A program made the position numbers and the translations under genes. Below are positions 1 through 8,720 of a stretch of DNA of 32,000 bases, in pieces. Within the stretch, counting starts at the first letter, position 1; every line of letters starts with the position of its first letter. The stretch covers positions 1,320,001 through 1,352,000 of the forward strand of contig NC_017080.1 of assembly GCF_000284115.1 (NCBI RefSeq), read 5' to 3'. This stretch comes from Phycisphaera mikurensis NBRC 102666 (GTDB taxonomy: Bacteria > Planctomycetota > Phycisphaerae > Phycisphaerales > Phycisphaeraceae). Under the pieces are notes generated by a model. It was given only the letters and a program-made list of their open reading frames with translations, did not search any database and was not told the DNA's origin.

Positions 1-1
1 C

Positions 2-601
2 TTCCAGGCGGAGGTCAGCGTCATCGCGGCCCGTGACGCCCACGGCGGGACCGTCACCTGGGGGCCGATCGCCAACAGCCACCGCAACCACATCCTCGAC
101 GTGTCGGCCGTTCCCGCGGGCCTCGGGGACGCGTTGGAGGCCGAGGCGGTGGCCGTCGCCGAGCAGGTCGTCGCGGCTTTCGAGCTGGTGGGGGTGCTCT
201 GCGTCGAGTGCTTCGTGACGCGGTCGGACGCGTCCGGCCCGCGGATCCTCGTCAACGAGATCGCGCCACGGCCGCACAACAGCGGGCACCTGACGATCGA
301 GGCCTACGAGCTCTCTCAGTTCGCGGCGCAGGCGCTGTGCCTCGGCGGCGGGCGGCTGCCGTCGTCGCCGGGCTTGCGGCGGCCTGCGGCGATGGCGAAC
401 CTGCTCGGAGACGTCTGGGGGAAGGGCGGGGAGCCGCCGCGGTGGGACGCGATCGCGGGCCGGGAGGGGGTGACGGTGCACCGCTACGGCAAGGCGGTGG
501 CGCGGCCGGGGCGGAAGATGGGGCACGTGACGGCGCTGGCGGGGACCGCGCACGAGGCGGTCCGCAACGCCGTGGAGGCGCGAGCCGCCCTGCGGGCGTA
601 G
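2..601 (+). CDS. purK: N5-carboxyaminoimidazole ribonucleotide synthase PurK, C-terminal part (5' end outside window)
   Basis: Frame is open from the window edge. Carries the PurK ATP-grasp signature VNEIAPRPHNSGH and the C-terminal GRKMGHVT. Confidence 0.85.
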   Translation, partial: FQAEVSVIAARDAHGGTVTWGPIANSHRNHILDVSAVPAGLGDALEAEAVAVAEQVVAAFELVGVLCVECFVTRSDASGPRILVNEIAPRPHNSGHLTIEAYELSQFAAQALCLGGGRLPSSPGLRRPAAMANLLGDVWGKGGEPPRWDAIAGREGVTVHRYGKAVARPGRKMGHVTALAGTAHEAVRNAVEARAALRA

Positions 602-650
602 CCCGGCGCGGTGCCCGACGCCCCGCGGGACACCCGCGGCGGCGCCGGGA

Positions 651-1229
651 TCAGGCGAGCCGCCCCAGCACGGCGTCGCGGATGGCCTCGGGCTCGGCCA
701 TGCGGCCGGCGCCGCCGGTGCGGCAGGCTTGCCAGCCGGATTCGGGGCCGACGGTGGAGAGGTCCGGCAGCAGGTCGCGCAGCGCCGCGAGGTTCCGCCG
801 GACGACGGGGTTGGCCCACATGTCGGCGTTCATCGCGGGGGCGAGGACCAGCGGCCGGCCGGCGGGCAGGGCGGTGACGGCGAGGGCCACCGGGTCGTCG
901 CAGAACCCCGCCGCGAGCCGCGCGAGCAGATTCGCCGAGCACGGGGCGACGACCGCGGCGTCCGCCCAGCGGGCGAGGCCGACGTGCGGCGAGCTCGGCT
1001 CGTCGTAGGCATCCCAGAGCGAGGTGGCGACGGCGGCGCCGGAGAGCGACCGCAGCGTGAGCGGCCCGAGGAAGCGCGTCGCCGAAGCGGTCATCGCGCA
1101 GCGGACCTCGCAGCCCGCCTGGACCAGGCGGGAGACGAGCGTGGCGGACTTGTACGCCGCGATGCCCCCGGAGACGCCGACCAGCACGCGGCGGGGCCGC
1201 CCCGCGGCCTCGCCGGCCGCCTCAGGCAT
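651..1229 (-). CDS. coaC: phosphopantothenoylcysteine decarboxylase-type flavoprotein (stand-alone CoaC domain, 192 aa)
   Basis: N-terminal GVSGGIAAYK and the PAMNADMW motif of the CoaBC decarboxylase half. Start overlaps the rpoZ stop, matching the conserved rpoZ-coaBC gene order. No CoaB half is present. Confidence 0.75.
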   Translation of the reverse strand: MPEAAGEAAGRPRRVLVGVSGGIAAYKSATLVSRLVQAGCEVRCAMTASATRFLGPLTLRSLSGAAVATSLWDAYDEPSSPHVGLARWADAAVVAPCSANLLARLAAGFCDDPVALAVTALPAGRPLVLAPAMNADMWANPVVRRNLAALRDLLPDLSTVGPESGWQACRTGGAGRMAEPEAIRDAVLGRLA

Positions 1230-1467
1230 CCGCCGTCGCGGCCTCTTCGGGCGCCGGCTCGAGCTGGTCGTCGCCCTCCTGGGCGATGGTGATCTTGCCC
1301 TCGATGATCTCGGCGACGGCGATCTCGAAGTCGCTGCGGCCGTTGCGCTCGACCAGCGGCCGGGCGCCCTCCATCAGTTCCCGCACCCGGTGCTGGACCA
1401 GCGCCGTGAATTTGAAGCGTCCGCCCATGGCGTTGATGACGGTGTCGTCTTTGAGTTCTTCGATCAT
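1222..1467 (-). CDS. rpoZ: DNA-directed RNA polymerase omega subunit (81 aa)
   Basis: ATG at 1467 inside a longer spurious ORF. Product MIEELKDDTVINAMGGRFKFTALVQHRVREL... is omega-like and lies directly upstream of coaC. Confidence 0.6.
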   Translation of the reverse strand: MIEELKDDTVINAMGGRFKFTALVQHRVRELMEGARPLVERNGRSDFEIAVAEIIEGKITIAQEGDDQLEPAPEEAATADA

Positions 1468-1766
1468 CGGGGGTGATCCGGTCGGATGCGGGTCCAGGTG
1501 CGGGGTGGGGGTGGCGGATGTCGGGCCTCGACGCGCAGCAGGCCGCCGGCCGCGCGCGGTCCGGAGTCTAGCGGACCGGCGCTGGAGGGGCGCGCCCGCG
1601 GCTGCGGGCCGCGGCCGCGGGCCGGTCTGGGCCGTTCTGGGGCCGGACGCCCTCTCCCGCGACGCGGCGGCCTCCCCCGCGCCGTCTCCGGGCGGTTCGC
1701 GAGGCCGGTTCTTGCGCCGCCTCCGCGACACCTCGCCTCGCCCGGCGTAGAGCGGGCGGCGACGCG

Positions 1767-3968
1767 ATGAACCGACCCCCAACCCGTTCCCGTAAGCTCG
1801 GCCGCCGCCCCTTGCCCCTCCCCCGGGACCTCCCCATGACCGCCGCCGCCTCCGGACCCGCCTTCACCTCGCCGCCCGATCCGCCGGTGAACCTGCCGCC
1901 GGTGACGGAGCGGTCGGAGGCGGCGGCGGACGAGCAGAAGGGCGTCGACAACCTCATCAAAGCGGCGATGGCCGGGTCGGTGGTGCTGCTGGTGGCGATC
2001 ATCGCCGACTTCGTGTGGGCGAACGAGGACTACGCCGACTACCTCGCCATGCTCGCGGCTCTGCTGCTGGGCGGGCCGATCGTCTGGGGGGCGGCCCGGG
2101 CGTTGTGGACCGGGCGGTGCAGCCACGATCACCCCGAGGGCCACGGCCACGGCGAGGGCTGCGACCACGGGGCCGCGCACGCCGAGCCCGAGGGCGGCAG
2201 CCACATGGAGGAGCTGGTCGCGCTGGCGATCCTCGCCAGCTTCGCCCTCGGCGAGTACATGGAGTGCGCCCTGGTGGCCTTCTTCATGCTCATCGCCTCG
2301 CTGATCGAGCACCGGACGGCCGTCGGGGCGCTGCGCGACATCGAGAGCCTCGTGCGCATCACCCCCACGCGGGCGGTGCGGCTGGCCGCCGGGCAGGACG
2401 GGCAGGCCGGTCGCGAGGAGGAGGTCGCCGCGGCGCAGCTCCGAGCGGGCGACGTCGTCGTCGTCCGCCCCGGCGACAACGTCCCGGCCGACGGGATCAT
2501 CCGCTCGGGCGAGTCCTCCATCAACCAGGCGAACATCACCGGCGAGTCGCTCCCGGTCGAGAAGCAGCCCGGCGACACCGCGTACGCGGGCACGATCAAC
2601 CAGACCGGCCGGCTGGAGATCGAGGTGACCAAGGCCGGCGAAGACTCCACGCTGGGCAAGGTGAAGAACCTGATCCTGCAGGCGAGCCAGACGCGGCCGG
2701 CGGTCGTCCGCGAGCTCAGCAAGTACACGGCGTACTACACGCCGGTCGTCCTGATGCTCGCGGCGATCCTCTTCGTGCTCACCGAGAACCCCGAGGCGGC
2801 GATCAGCCTCCTGCTGGTCGCCTGCCCGTGCGCGCTCATCCTCTGCGGGCCCACCGCGGTCGTCGCGTCGCTGTCGGCGGCCTCGCGCCTGGGCATCTAC
2901 GTGAAGAGCGTGGCCGACCTGGAGGTCGTCCGCCGCACCACCGCCTTCGTCATGGACAAGACCGGCACGCTGACCACCGGCGAGCTGGCCGTCACGAAGA
3001 TGCGGCCCGCCGAGGGGGTCGACCCCGCCGAGCTGCTGCGCCTCGCGGCGACCGCCGAGAAGGACTCGCGCCACCCGGTCGCCAGGGCCGTGGTGGCCAT
3101 GGCGGAGAAGGCCTCGGTGGAGCCCGCGGGCGTCACACGCTTCGCGGAGGAGGCCGGGCGCGGCGTGAGCGTCAGCCTCCAGGAGGGCGGCGAGGTGCTC
3201 GTCGGCCGCGAGGCCTTCCTCAACGACGCCGGCGTCGACGCCTCCGGGCTGGACATGGCCGGCAGCGACGGCCTCTCGCTCCTCTACGTCGCCCGGGACG
3301 GGCAGGCCGTCGGCTGGGTCGGCATGGCCGACGGGCTCCGGCCCGGTGCGGCGGAGGCCATCGAGGACCTCGACGCCGAGGGCGTGAAGCAGCGGGTGAT
3401 GATCACCGGCGACCGGCGCAGCTCCGCCGAGCGGGTGGCGTCGCAGCTGGCCCTGACCGGCTTCTCCGCCGAGGCGCTGCCCGGCGACAAGCTGACGCTG
3501 GTCGAGCAGCTCAAGGCCGCCGGCCACACCGTCGCGGTCATCGGCGACGGCGTGAACGACGGCCCGGCCCTCGCGGCCGGCCACGTGTCGATCGCGATGG
3601 GCGCCGCCGGCTCGGACGTCGCCGTCGACGCCGCGACGATCGCGCTCATGAACAACGAGCTCAACCGGCTGCCCTTCCTCGTCCGCCTGTCGCGGAAGAC
3701 CGTGAACGTGATCCGCCAGAACCTCGTCTTCACCGGCGTGTACATCGTCTTCATGCTCGTGCTGCTGGGCTTGGGCTACCTCACCCCGCTGTGGGCCGCC
3801 ATCGGCCACGGCGTCTCCTCGATCGTGGTCATCTTCAACTCCGCCCGGCTCGTCCGCGAGGGGGAGGGCATGGAGGTCGCGACGCCGGGGCGGCTGGAGG
3901 AGGAGGCGCCGAGGAAGCGCGTGGTGACCGAGCGGGTGGCGCCCGCCGGTGCGGCGTTGCCCGCGTGA
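1767..3968 (+). CDS. heavy-metal translocating P1B-type ATPase
   Basis: CPC in TM (LLVACPCALILCGP), DKTGTLT phosphorylation site, GDGVNDGPAL hinge, His/Cys-rich loop CSHDHPEGHGHGEGCDHGAAH. Start is uncertain (ATG 1767 or ATG 1836). Confidence 0.9.
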   Translation: MNRPPTRSRKLGRRPLPLPRDLPMTAAASGPAFTSPPDPPVNLPPVTERSEAAADEQKGVDNLIKAAMAGSVVLLVAIIADFVWANEDYADYLAMLAALLLGGPIVWGAARALWTGRCSHDHPEGHGHGEGCDHGAAHAEPEGGSHMEELVALAILASFALGEYMECALVAFFMLIASLIEHRTAVGALRDIESLVRITPTRAVRLAAGQDGQAGREEEVAAAQLRAGDVVVVRPGDNVPADGIIRSGESSINQANITGESLPVEKQPGDTAYAGTINQTGRLEIEVTKAGEDSTLGKVKNLILQASQTRPAVVRELSKYTAYYTPVVLMLAAILFVLTENPEAAISLLLVACPCALILCGPTAVVASLSAASRLGIYVKSVADLEVVRRTTAFVMDKTGTLTTGELAVTKMRPAEGVDPAELLRLAATAEKDSRHPVARAVVAMAEKASVEPAGVTRFAEEAGRGVSVSLQEGGEVLVGREAFLNDAGVDASGLDMAGSDGLSLLYVARDGQAVGWVGMADGLRPGAAEAIEDLDAEGVKQRVMITGDRRSSAERVASQLALTGFSAEALPGDKLTLVEQLKAAGHTVAVIGDGVNDGPALAAGHVSIAMGAAGSDVAVDAATIALMNNELNRLPFLVRLSRKTVNVIRQNLVFTGVYIVFMLVLLGLGYLTPLWAAIGHGVSSIVVIFNSARLVREGEGMEVATPGRLEEEAPRKRVVTERVAPAGAALPA

Positions 3969-4200
3969 AGCCGCCGGAGCGCTGCCGGGGGCGGCAAGAA
4001 GGTCGGCCGCCTCCGCTGTCGCGAGCGGGCCCGGAGCGAAGCCGTGGAGCCGGATCCACGGGGCGCGGCGCCTCTCGCCGCGTCTCGCGAGGCCTGGGAG
4101 GTCGAGCCGCCCCGAGGCACCGGGCTCCAACCCGCGGCGCTTCCACCTTGGAGACGCCCCGGAGCATCGGCCCCGCCGCGGCGACACGTCGGGCGGGGAT

Positions 4201-4246
4201 CCGCGGACCGTCGAGGAATCGGGCTCGTTTCGCGTCCGGTCCGCGG
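4201..4246. repeat. REP-like hairpin module (CCGCGGACCG - 26 nt - CGGTCCGCGG)
   Basis: 10-bp perfect inverted repeat in the intergenic region downstream of the ATPase gene. The same arms recur at 9595, 17471 and inside integron cassettes. Confidence 0.7.
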
Positions 4247-4303
4247 CCCCGCGCGAGCCGGTAGGTTCTGCGCGGATCACCGCACCCTCCGGAACCCTCG
4301 CCC

Positions 4304-4810
4304 ATGCCCGCTTTCGGCCTGCTCTCGGACTCCCACGGCCGCGCGACGACGACGGAGCGGGCGGTGCAGGTGCTCGTCGACGCGGGGGCGGACACGTTGC
4401 TGCACCTCGGCGACGTGGGCACGGTCGAGGTGATCGACGCGCTGGTGGCCGAGGGCGAGGACGGCGAGGAACTGCCCGCGCACGTCGTCTTCGGCAACAC
4501 CGACTGGGACGAGGGGGCGCTCGCCCGCTACGCCGAGGATCTTGGCGTGGTGGTGGACCACCCCGAGGGCGTGATCCAGCTGCCCGGCGGCGGCGAGCTG
4601 CGCTTCCAGCACGGGCACGAGGCGCCGCGCATGGGAGCCGCCATGGGCGGCGGGGCCCGCTACCTCTGCCACGGGCACAGCCACGCCCAGCGGGACGAGC
4701 GGGTGGGCTCGACGCGCGTGGTGAACCCCGGGGCGCTGTTCCGGGCCAGCGTCTACTCGGTGGCGGTGCTGGACACCGACGCCGACACGGTCCGGTTCCT
4801 CGAGGTTTGA
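4304..4810 (+). CDS. YfcE/MJ0936-family metallophosphoesterase
   Basis: Motifs SDSHG, GDVG, GNTD, HGH, GHSH in canonical order. Confidence 0.8.
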   Translation: MPAFGLLSDSHGRATTTERAVQVLVDAGADTLLHLGDVGTVEVIDALVAEGEDGEELPAHVVFGNTDWDEGALARYAEDLGVVVDHPEGVIQLPGGGELRFQHGHEAPRMGAAMGGGARYLCHGHSHAQRDERVGSTRVVNPGALFRASVYSVAVLDTDADTVRFLEV

Positions 4811-4877
4811 TCGAGCCACGGGGCCGCGCCACGCCCGGCGTCGCGAGGATCCGCGGCGGCGGGCGTATCGTCGCCCG

Positions 4878-5570
4878 ATGAGCGGCTTGCCGATGATGCT
4901 GAGCCTCGCGGGCGTGCCGGTGCTCGTGGTCGGCGGCGGGGCGGTGGGCACCCGCCGGGCGGGCCGGATGGCCGCGGCGGGGGCGGCCGTCCGGGTGGTC
5001 GATCCGTCCGCGGGAGGCCTCCCGGGCGCGGCGGGGGTGGAGCTTGTGCCGCGCGGCTTCGAGGCGGCGGACCTCGATGGGGTGCGGATCGTCGTGGTGG
5101 CGACGGCGGACGCGGCGGTGAACGAAGCGGTCGCCGCGGCGGTGGCGACGCGGCCCGAGCCGAGGCCTTGGCTGAACCGTGCCGACGAAGCGGCCGCGGG
5201 CGACCTGGGCTTCATGGCGGCCAACGCGGTCGGGCCGATGACCGTGGCGGTCGACTCGGGCGGCGCCTCGGCGGGCGAAGCCAGAAAGCTGGCGGGGGAG
5301 CTCGCGGCATCGGTCGACCCGGACCGCGGCGAGCTGCTCGGGGCCGTGGCCCGCGTGCGGCCGCTGGTCCGGGGCCTGGTGGAGGACCCGGCCAAGCGGC
5401 GGGAGCTGCTGGCGGCGATGACCTCGCCGGAGGCGCTGGCGCGGCTCAAGGAGGAGGGTCCGGCGGCGCTGGACGCGTGGCTCGGCGGCCTGGTGGGGCG
5501 GGCGCGGACGCCCAGGAGGCTGGCGGTCGGGGTGAAGCCGGCGGCGTCGGACGCGGAGCGGGCCGGTTGA
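4878..5570 (+). CDS. sirC: precorrin-2 dehydrogenase / sirohydrochlorin ferrochelatase (SirC/CysG N-domain-like)
   Basis: Rossmann motif VLVVGGGAVGTRRA, about 230 aa, lies in a heme cluster upstream of hemA. Confidence 0.65.
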   Translation: MSGLPMMLSLAGVPVLVVGGGAVGTRRAGRMAAAGAAVRVVDPSAGGLPGAAGVELVPRGFEAADLDGVRIVVVATADAAVNEAVAAAVATRPEPRPWLNRADEAAAGDLGFMAANAVGPMTVAVDSGGASAGEARKLAGELAASVDPDRGELLGAVARVRPLVRGLVEDPAKRRELLAAMTSPEALARLKEEGPAALDAWLGGLVGRARTPRRLAVGVKPAASDAERAG

Positions 5571-6478
5571 GCGGGGCCGCGACCTGGATCGCCGGCATCG
5601 CCTGCGTGGTGGCGGCCTGGGCCACCGGCGGCCTGGTGGTCGCGCTGCTCGGGCGGCGGCGGACCCGGGCCCAGGAGCGGCCGGCGCGGGTGACGGTGGC
5701 GCTCCGCTTCGCCGGCGTCGCCGGGCTGTGTGCCGCCGGCCTGGTGACGCGGGGCATCACCTCCTGGGGCGAGGCCGGCTGGCGGCCGCTGGAGAGCCAC
5801 GCCGACGGCCTGCTCCTGGTGGGCCTGCTGCTCGCGGCGGCCGCGACCTACCTGGTCGCGGGACCGCGGCTGGCGGTGCCGGGCACGCTGATCGGCGGCG
5901 TGCTCACGGCGACGCTGGCCTGGGCGGTGTGCGCGACGAGCTTCACCGACGGCCGCTTCCGCATGGACTCGCTCTCGCCGCTGTGGTTCACGCTGCACCT
6001 CGGCGGCGTCTACATCGGCACGGCGGCGGCGGCGGTCGCGGCCGGCGCGGGCGCGGCGTGGCTGATCGCGGAGCGCCGGCTGAAGCACCGCGGCGCGGGC
6101 TGGGTGGAGGGCCTGGGCCGCTTCGCCTCGCTGGAGCGGCTCGAGGCGCTCGTGCGTCACGCGGCGATTGCGGGCTTCGTCACGCTCTCGATCGGCCTCG
6201 CCGCGGGCCTGGTGATCTCGGCGAACCAGCCGGACCTTGTGGGCTCGTTCCTTTCGCCCAAGCTCCTGCTGTCGCTGGCCGCGTACGCGGCCTTCGTGGT
6301 GGCGGTGTTCTTCGGCACGGGGCTCGGCTTCCGGGTGGCGGGGGAGCCCCGCCGGGGGGCGTGGGGGTCGATCCTCGGCTTCGTGCTGCTGCTGGCGGTC
6401 TCGGCCGTGGCGACGGCCTGGCCCGGCGGCGGCATGGGCGGCACCGACGGCGTGCTCGCGGCGGAGGCTGCCCGATGA
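5567..6478 (+). CDS. HemX/CcsA-family (cytochrome c assembly-like) integral membrane protein
   Basis: Multi-TM protein with ...WLIAERRLKHR... after a TM helix, as in HemX/YpjD-type proteins. Candidate TTG 5567 overlaps the sirC stop (TTGA), and the stop overlaps the hemA ATG (ATGA). Start is uncertain. Confidence 0.55.
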   Translation: MSGAATWIAGIACVVAAWATGGLVVALLGRRRTRAQERPARVTVALRFAGVAGLCAAGLVTRGITSWGEAGWRPLESHADGLLLVGLLLAAAATYLVAGPRLAVPGTLIGGVLTATLAWAVCATSFTDGRFRMDSLSPLWFTLHLGGVYIGTAAAAVAAGAGAAWLIAERRLKHRGAGWVEGLGRFASLERLEALVRHAAIAGFVTLSIGLAAGLVISANQPDLVGSFLSPKLLLSLAAYAAFVVAVFFGTGLGFRVAGEPRRGAWGSILGFVLLLAVSAVATAWPGGGMGGTDGVLAAEAAR

Positions 6479-7827
6479 CCGAGATCGCCGCGTTGTCGAT
6501 GAGTCACCGCAACGCGGACCTGCCGCTGCGCGAGCGGGCGTCGGTGGACGCGGCGCGGGCGAGCCGGCTGCGGGCGGAGCTCGCCGCGGCGACCGGCGAG
6601 CTGGTCGTGCTGTCGACCTGCAACCGGACGGAGCTGTACGCCACCGGGTCGGTCGGCCCGTCGGCGCTGCGGGCCGCCTGGTCGCGGGCGTCGGGCGTGG
6701 CCGAGGCCGAGCTCGCCGGGGCCTCGTGCGAGCTGGCGGGCGGCGCGGCGGTGAGGCACCTCTTCCGCGTGGCGGCCGGGCTGGAGAGCCAGGTGGTCGG
6801 CGAGCCGGAGATTCTCGGGCAGGTGAAGCGGGCCTACGAGAACGGCCGGCTCGCCGCGGCGTCCGGGGCCTGCGGCGCCGGGCCGGTGATGCACCGCGTC
6901 TTCCAGCGGGCGCTGGCCGCGGCGAAGTCCGCGCGGAGCGAGTCGGGCCTCTCCCGCCGGGGCGGTTCGGTCGGCTCCGTCGCGGTGACGCTCGCCCGCA
7001 CGGTGTTCCAGGGCTTCGAGGGCAAGGAGGTGCTCTGCGTCGGGGCCGGTGCGATCGCCAAGGCGACGATGCGTCGCTTCCTCCGGCACCGGCCGGCGCG
7101 GGTCCGCCTGGTCAACCGCCGCGAGGACCGAGCCGGGGAGCTCGGGGCTCGGCTGGGCCTGCCGGATCCCGCGGCGGCGGCCTGGCCGCTGGAGCGGCTG
7201 GAGGAGGCGCTGATCGCGGCCGACGTCGCCGTCTTCGCCACGGCCGCGACCGAGCCCGTGCTCACCGAGGCGGCGCTGAAGCCGCTGCTGAAGCGTCGCC
7301 GCGGCCGCCCGCTGCTGATCCTCGACCTCGGCCTCCCGCGGGACGTCGAGCCGCCGGTGGGCAAGCTCCCGCGGGTCTACCTCTACAACGTCGACGACCT
7401 CCAGGAGGTCGTCGACCACGACCCCGAGCGGCGGGCGTCGATCCAGGCGTGTTCGCTGCGGGTCGAGGCCGCCGCCGCGGCCTGCGTCGCCGACCTGACG
7501 TCGCCCGATCCCGGCCCCGCGATCGGCCGGCTCCGGGCCCAGCTGCACGCCCTCGCCGGCGAGGAGGAGACCCGCACCCGGGCCCGGCTCACGACGCTGC
7601 TCGGCGACCGGGTCGACGCCGCCACGCGGGCGGAGGTGGAGGCGGTGCTCGGCGAGTTCCGCCACCGCCTCGTCAACAAGGTGCTGCACGGGCCGGTCTC
7701 CCGCGTCCGAGGGGAAGCGCCGGTGGGTGTCGGCGAGCTGGAGGCGTTGTTCGGCCTCGGCGAGCCGCCGCCGCCGGTGGCGGCACCCGCCGGGCCCGCC
7801 GTCGCCGCGCGCGGCGGGCTGGCGTGA
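6475..7827 (+). CDS. hemA: glutamyl-tRNA reductase
   Basis: MTEIAALSMSHRNADLPLRE..., catalytic STCNRTELY, NADPH domain GAGAIAK. Confidence 0.9.
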   Translation: MTEIAALSMSHRNADLPLRERASVDAARASRLRAELAAATGELVVLSTCNRTELYATGSVGPSALRAAWSRASGVAEAELAGASCELAGGAAVRHLFRVAAGLESQVVGEPEILGQVKRAYENGRLAAASGACGAGPVMHRVFQRALAAAKSARSESGLSRRGGSVGSVAVTLARTVFQGFEGKEVLCVGAGAIAKATMRRFLRHRPARVRLVNRREDRAGELGARLGLPDPAAAAWPLERLEEALIAADVAVFATAATEPVLTEAALKPLLKRRRGRPLLILDLGLPRDVEPPVGKLPRVYLYNVDDLQEVVDHDPERRASIQACSLRVEAAAAACVADLTSPDPGPAIGRLRAQLHALAGEEETRTRARLTTLLGDRVDAATRAEVEAVLGEFRHRLVNKVLHGPVSRVRGEAPVGVGELEALFGLGEPPPPVAAPAGPAVAARGGLA

Positions 7828-7844
7828 GGCTCCGCCGCGGGGGC

Positions 7845-8351
7845 TCACCCGTCGGCGAACCCGAAGCCGCGCTGCCCCGGCGTCTGCGCCGGGGGCTGCG
7901 CTTCGCGGACGGCCTGCACCTCCTCGAAGAGATCGTCCACGTCGCGGAAGTTCATGTAGACGCTGGCGAATCGGATGTAGGCCACGGCGTCGAGCGCCTT
8001 GAGCCGCTGCGCGGTCAGGCGCCCGACCTCCAGCGAGTCCACCTCGCGGTCGCCCCGCTTGAACAGCGACTCCTCCACCGCCTCCGCGGCGGCGACCAGC
8101 GCGTCCGCGGGGACCGGTCGCTTGTAGCAGGCGGCCTGCAGCCCCGCGAGCACCTTCGCCCGGTTGAAGGGGACGCGTGTCCCGTCCTTCTTGACCACGG
8201 TGACCCGGGCCGTCGGCTCCACCCGCTCGTAGGTGGTGAAGCGCCGGTTGCACCGCTTGCACACCCGCCGCCGCCGCGTCGCGCCCGCGTCGTCGAGCTC
8301 GCGCGAGTCCACGACGCGGTCGTCGTTCTGGGCACAGAAGGGGCAGCGCAT
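7845..8351 (-). CDS. nrdR: transcriptional repressor NrdR
   Basis: MRCPFCAQNDDRVVDSR...CKRCNRRFTTYE zinc ribbon plus ATP-cone. ATG at 8351 lies inside a longer spurious ORF. Confidence 0.92.
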   Translation of the reverse strand: MRCPFCAQNDDRVVDSRELDDAGATRRRRVCKRCNRRFTTYERVEPTARVTVVKKDGTRVPFNRAKVLAGLQAACYKRPVPADALVAAAEAVEESLFKRGDREVDSLEVGRLTAQRLKALDAVAYIRFASVYMNFRDVDDLFEEVQAVREAQPPAQTPGQRGFGFADG

Positions 8352-8365
8352 CGGGTTTGAAGGTA

Positions 8366-8393
8366 CCCCCGCCTCCGGCGGGGGGCTCTTTTT
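8366..8393 (+). terminator. intrinsic-terminator-shaped hairpin (CCCCCGCC-TCCG-GGCGGGGG followed by CTCTTTTT)
   Basis: 8-bp GC stem, tetraloop and T5 run on the + strand. Lies 15 nt beyond the nrdR start codon with no + strand gene upstream. Confidence 0.4.
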
Positions 8394-8576
8394 GGAAGAG
8401 ACGCAGCGACGCTCGGAGGACGCGCGTGCGGAGAAGCTGCACGGGCCGCGAACATCGATGGCGGGGGGCTTCAGCGGGCTGGGTGAGCGAGGAAGCGAAG
8501 AAGTCAGGCAGCGCGTCGCCTCCGGCGACGAAGGCGCGCCCCGCAATCGCGTCCCGCTTCTCTATGTCTGACTTCG

Positions 8577-8720
8577 TCTCTCCCCCCGCCCCCGCCCGAC
8601 CCGCGACCCCGATCTTCGCGGTCCACGCAGCCCCTCCGCACGACACCGCCCCAAACGTCGCTTCCTTCCCCCCCCCTAGCTTCCCCACCCCGCAAGCCCC
8701 CTTCCTCCCCCAACAACCCC
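8577..8720 (+). promoter_or_regulatory. C-rich/G-poor leader upstream of ymdB (G-run-rich on the opposite strand)
   Basis: Runs such as tccccccgcccccgccc, cccctcc, ttcccccccc, ccccacccc, cccccttcctccccc lie immediately before ATG 8721. Confidence 0.5.

Noticed and set aside
1551-1585. Hairpin GCGCGGTCCG-gagtctag-CGGACCGGCGC between rpoZ and the ATPase gene as another copy of the REP-like module
   Set aside because: The arms are in the opposite arrangement (CGGTCCG first) and the loop is only 8 nt. It is possibly related but not clearly the same element, so it was not counted.
1464-4832. 1122-aa ORF on the minus strand, plus similar giants at 6157-8688(-), 12329-15394(-), 15311-17701(+) and 18383-21643(+)
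   Set aside because: They are Arg/Pro/Gly/Ala-rich low-complexity translations lying antisense to genes with clear family motifs (ATPase, hemA/nrdR, rmuC, sulfatase, GH38). These are typical stop-codon-poor shadow frames of very GC-rich DNA.
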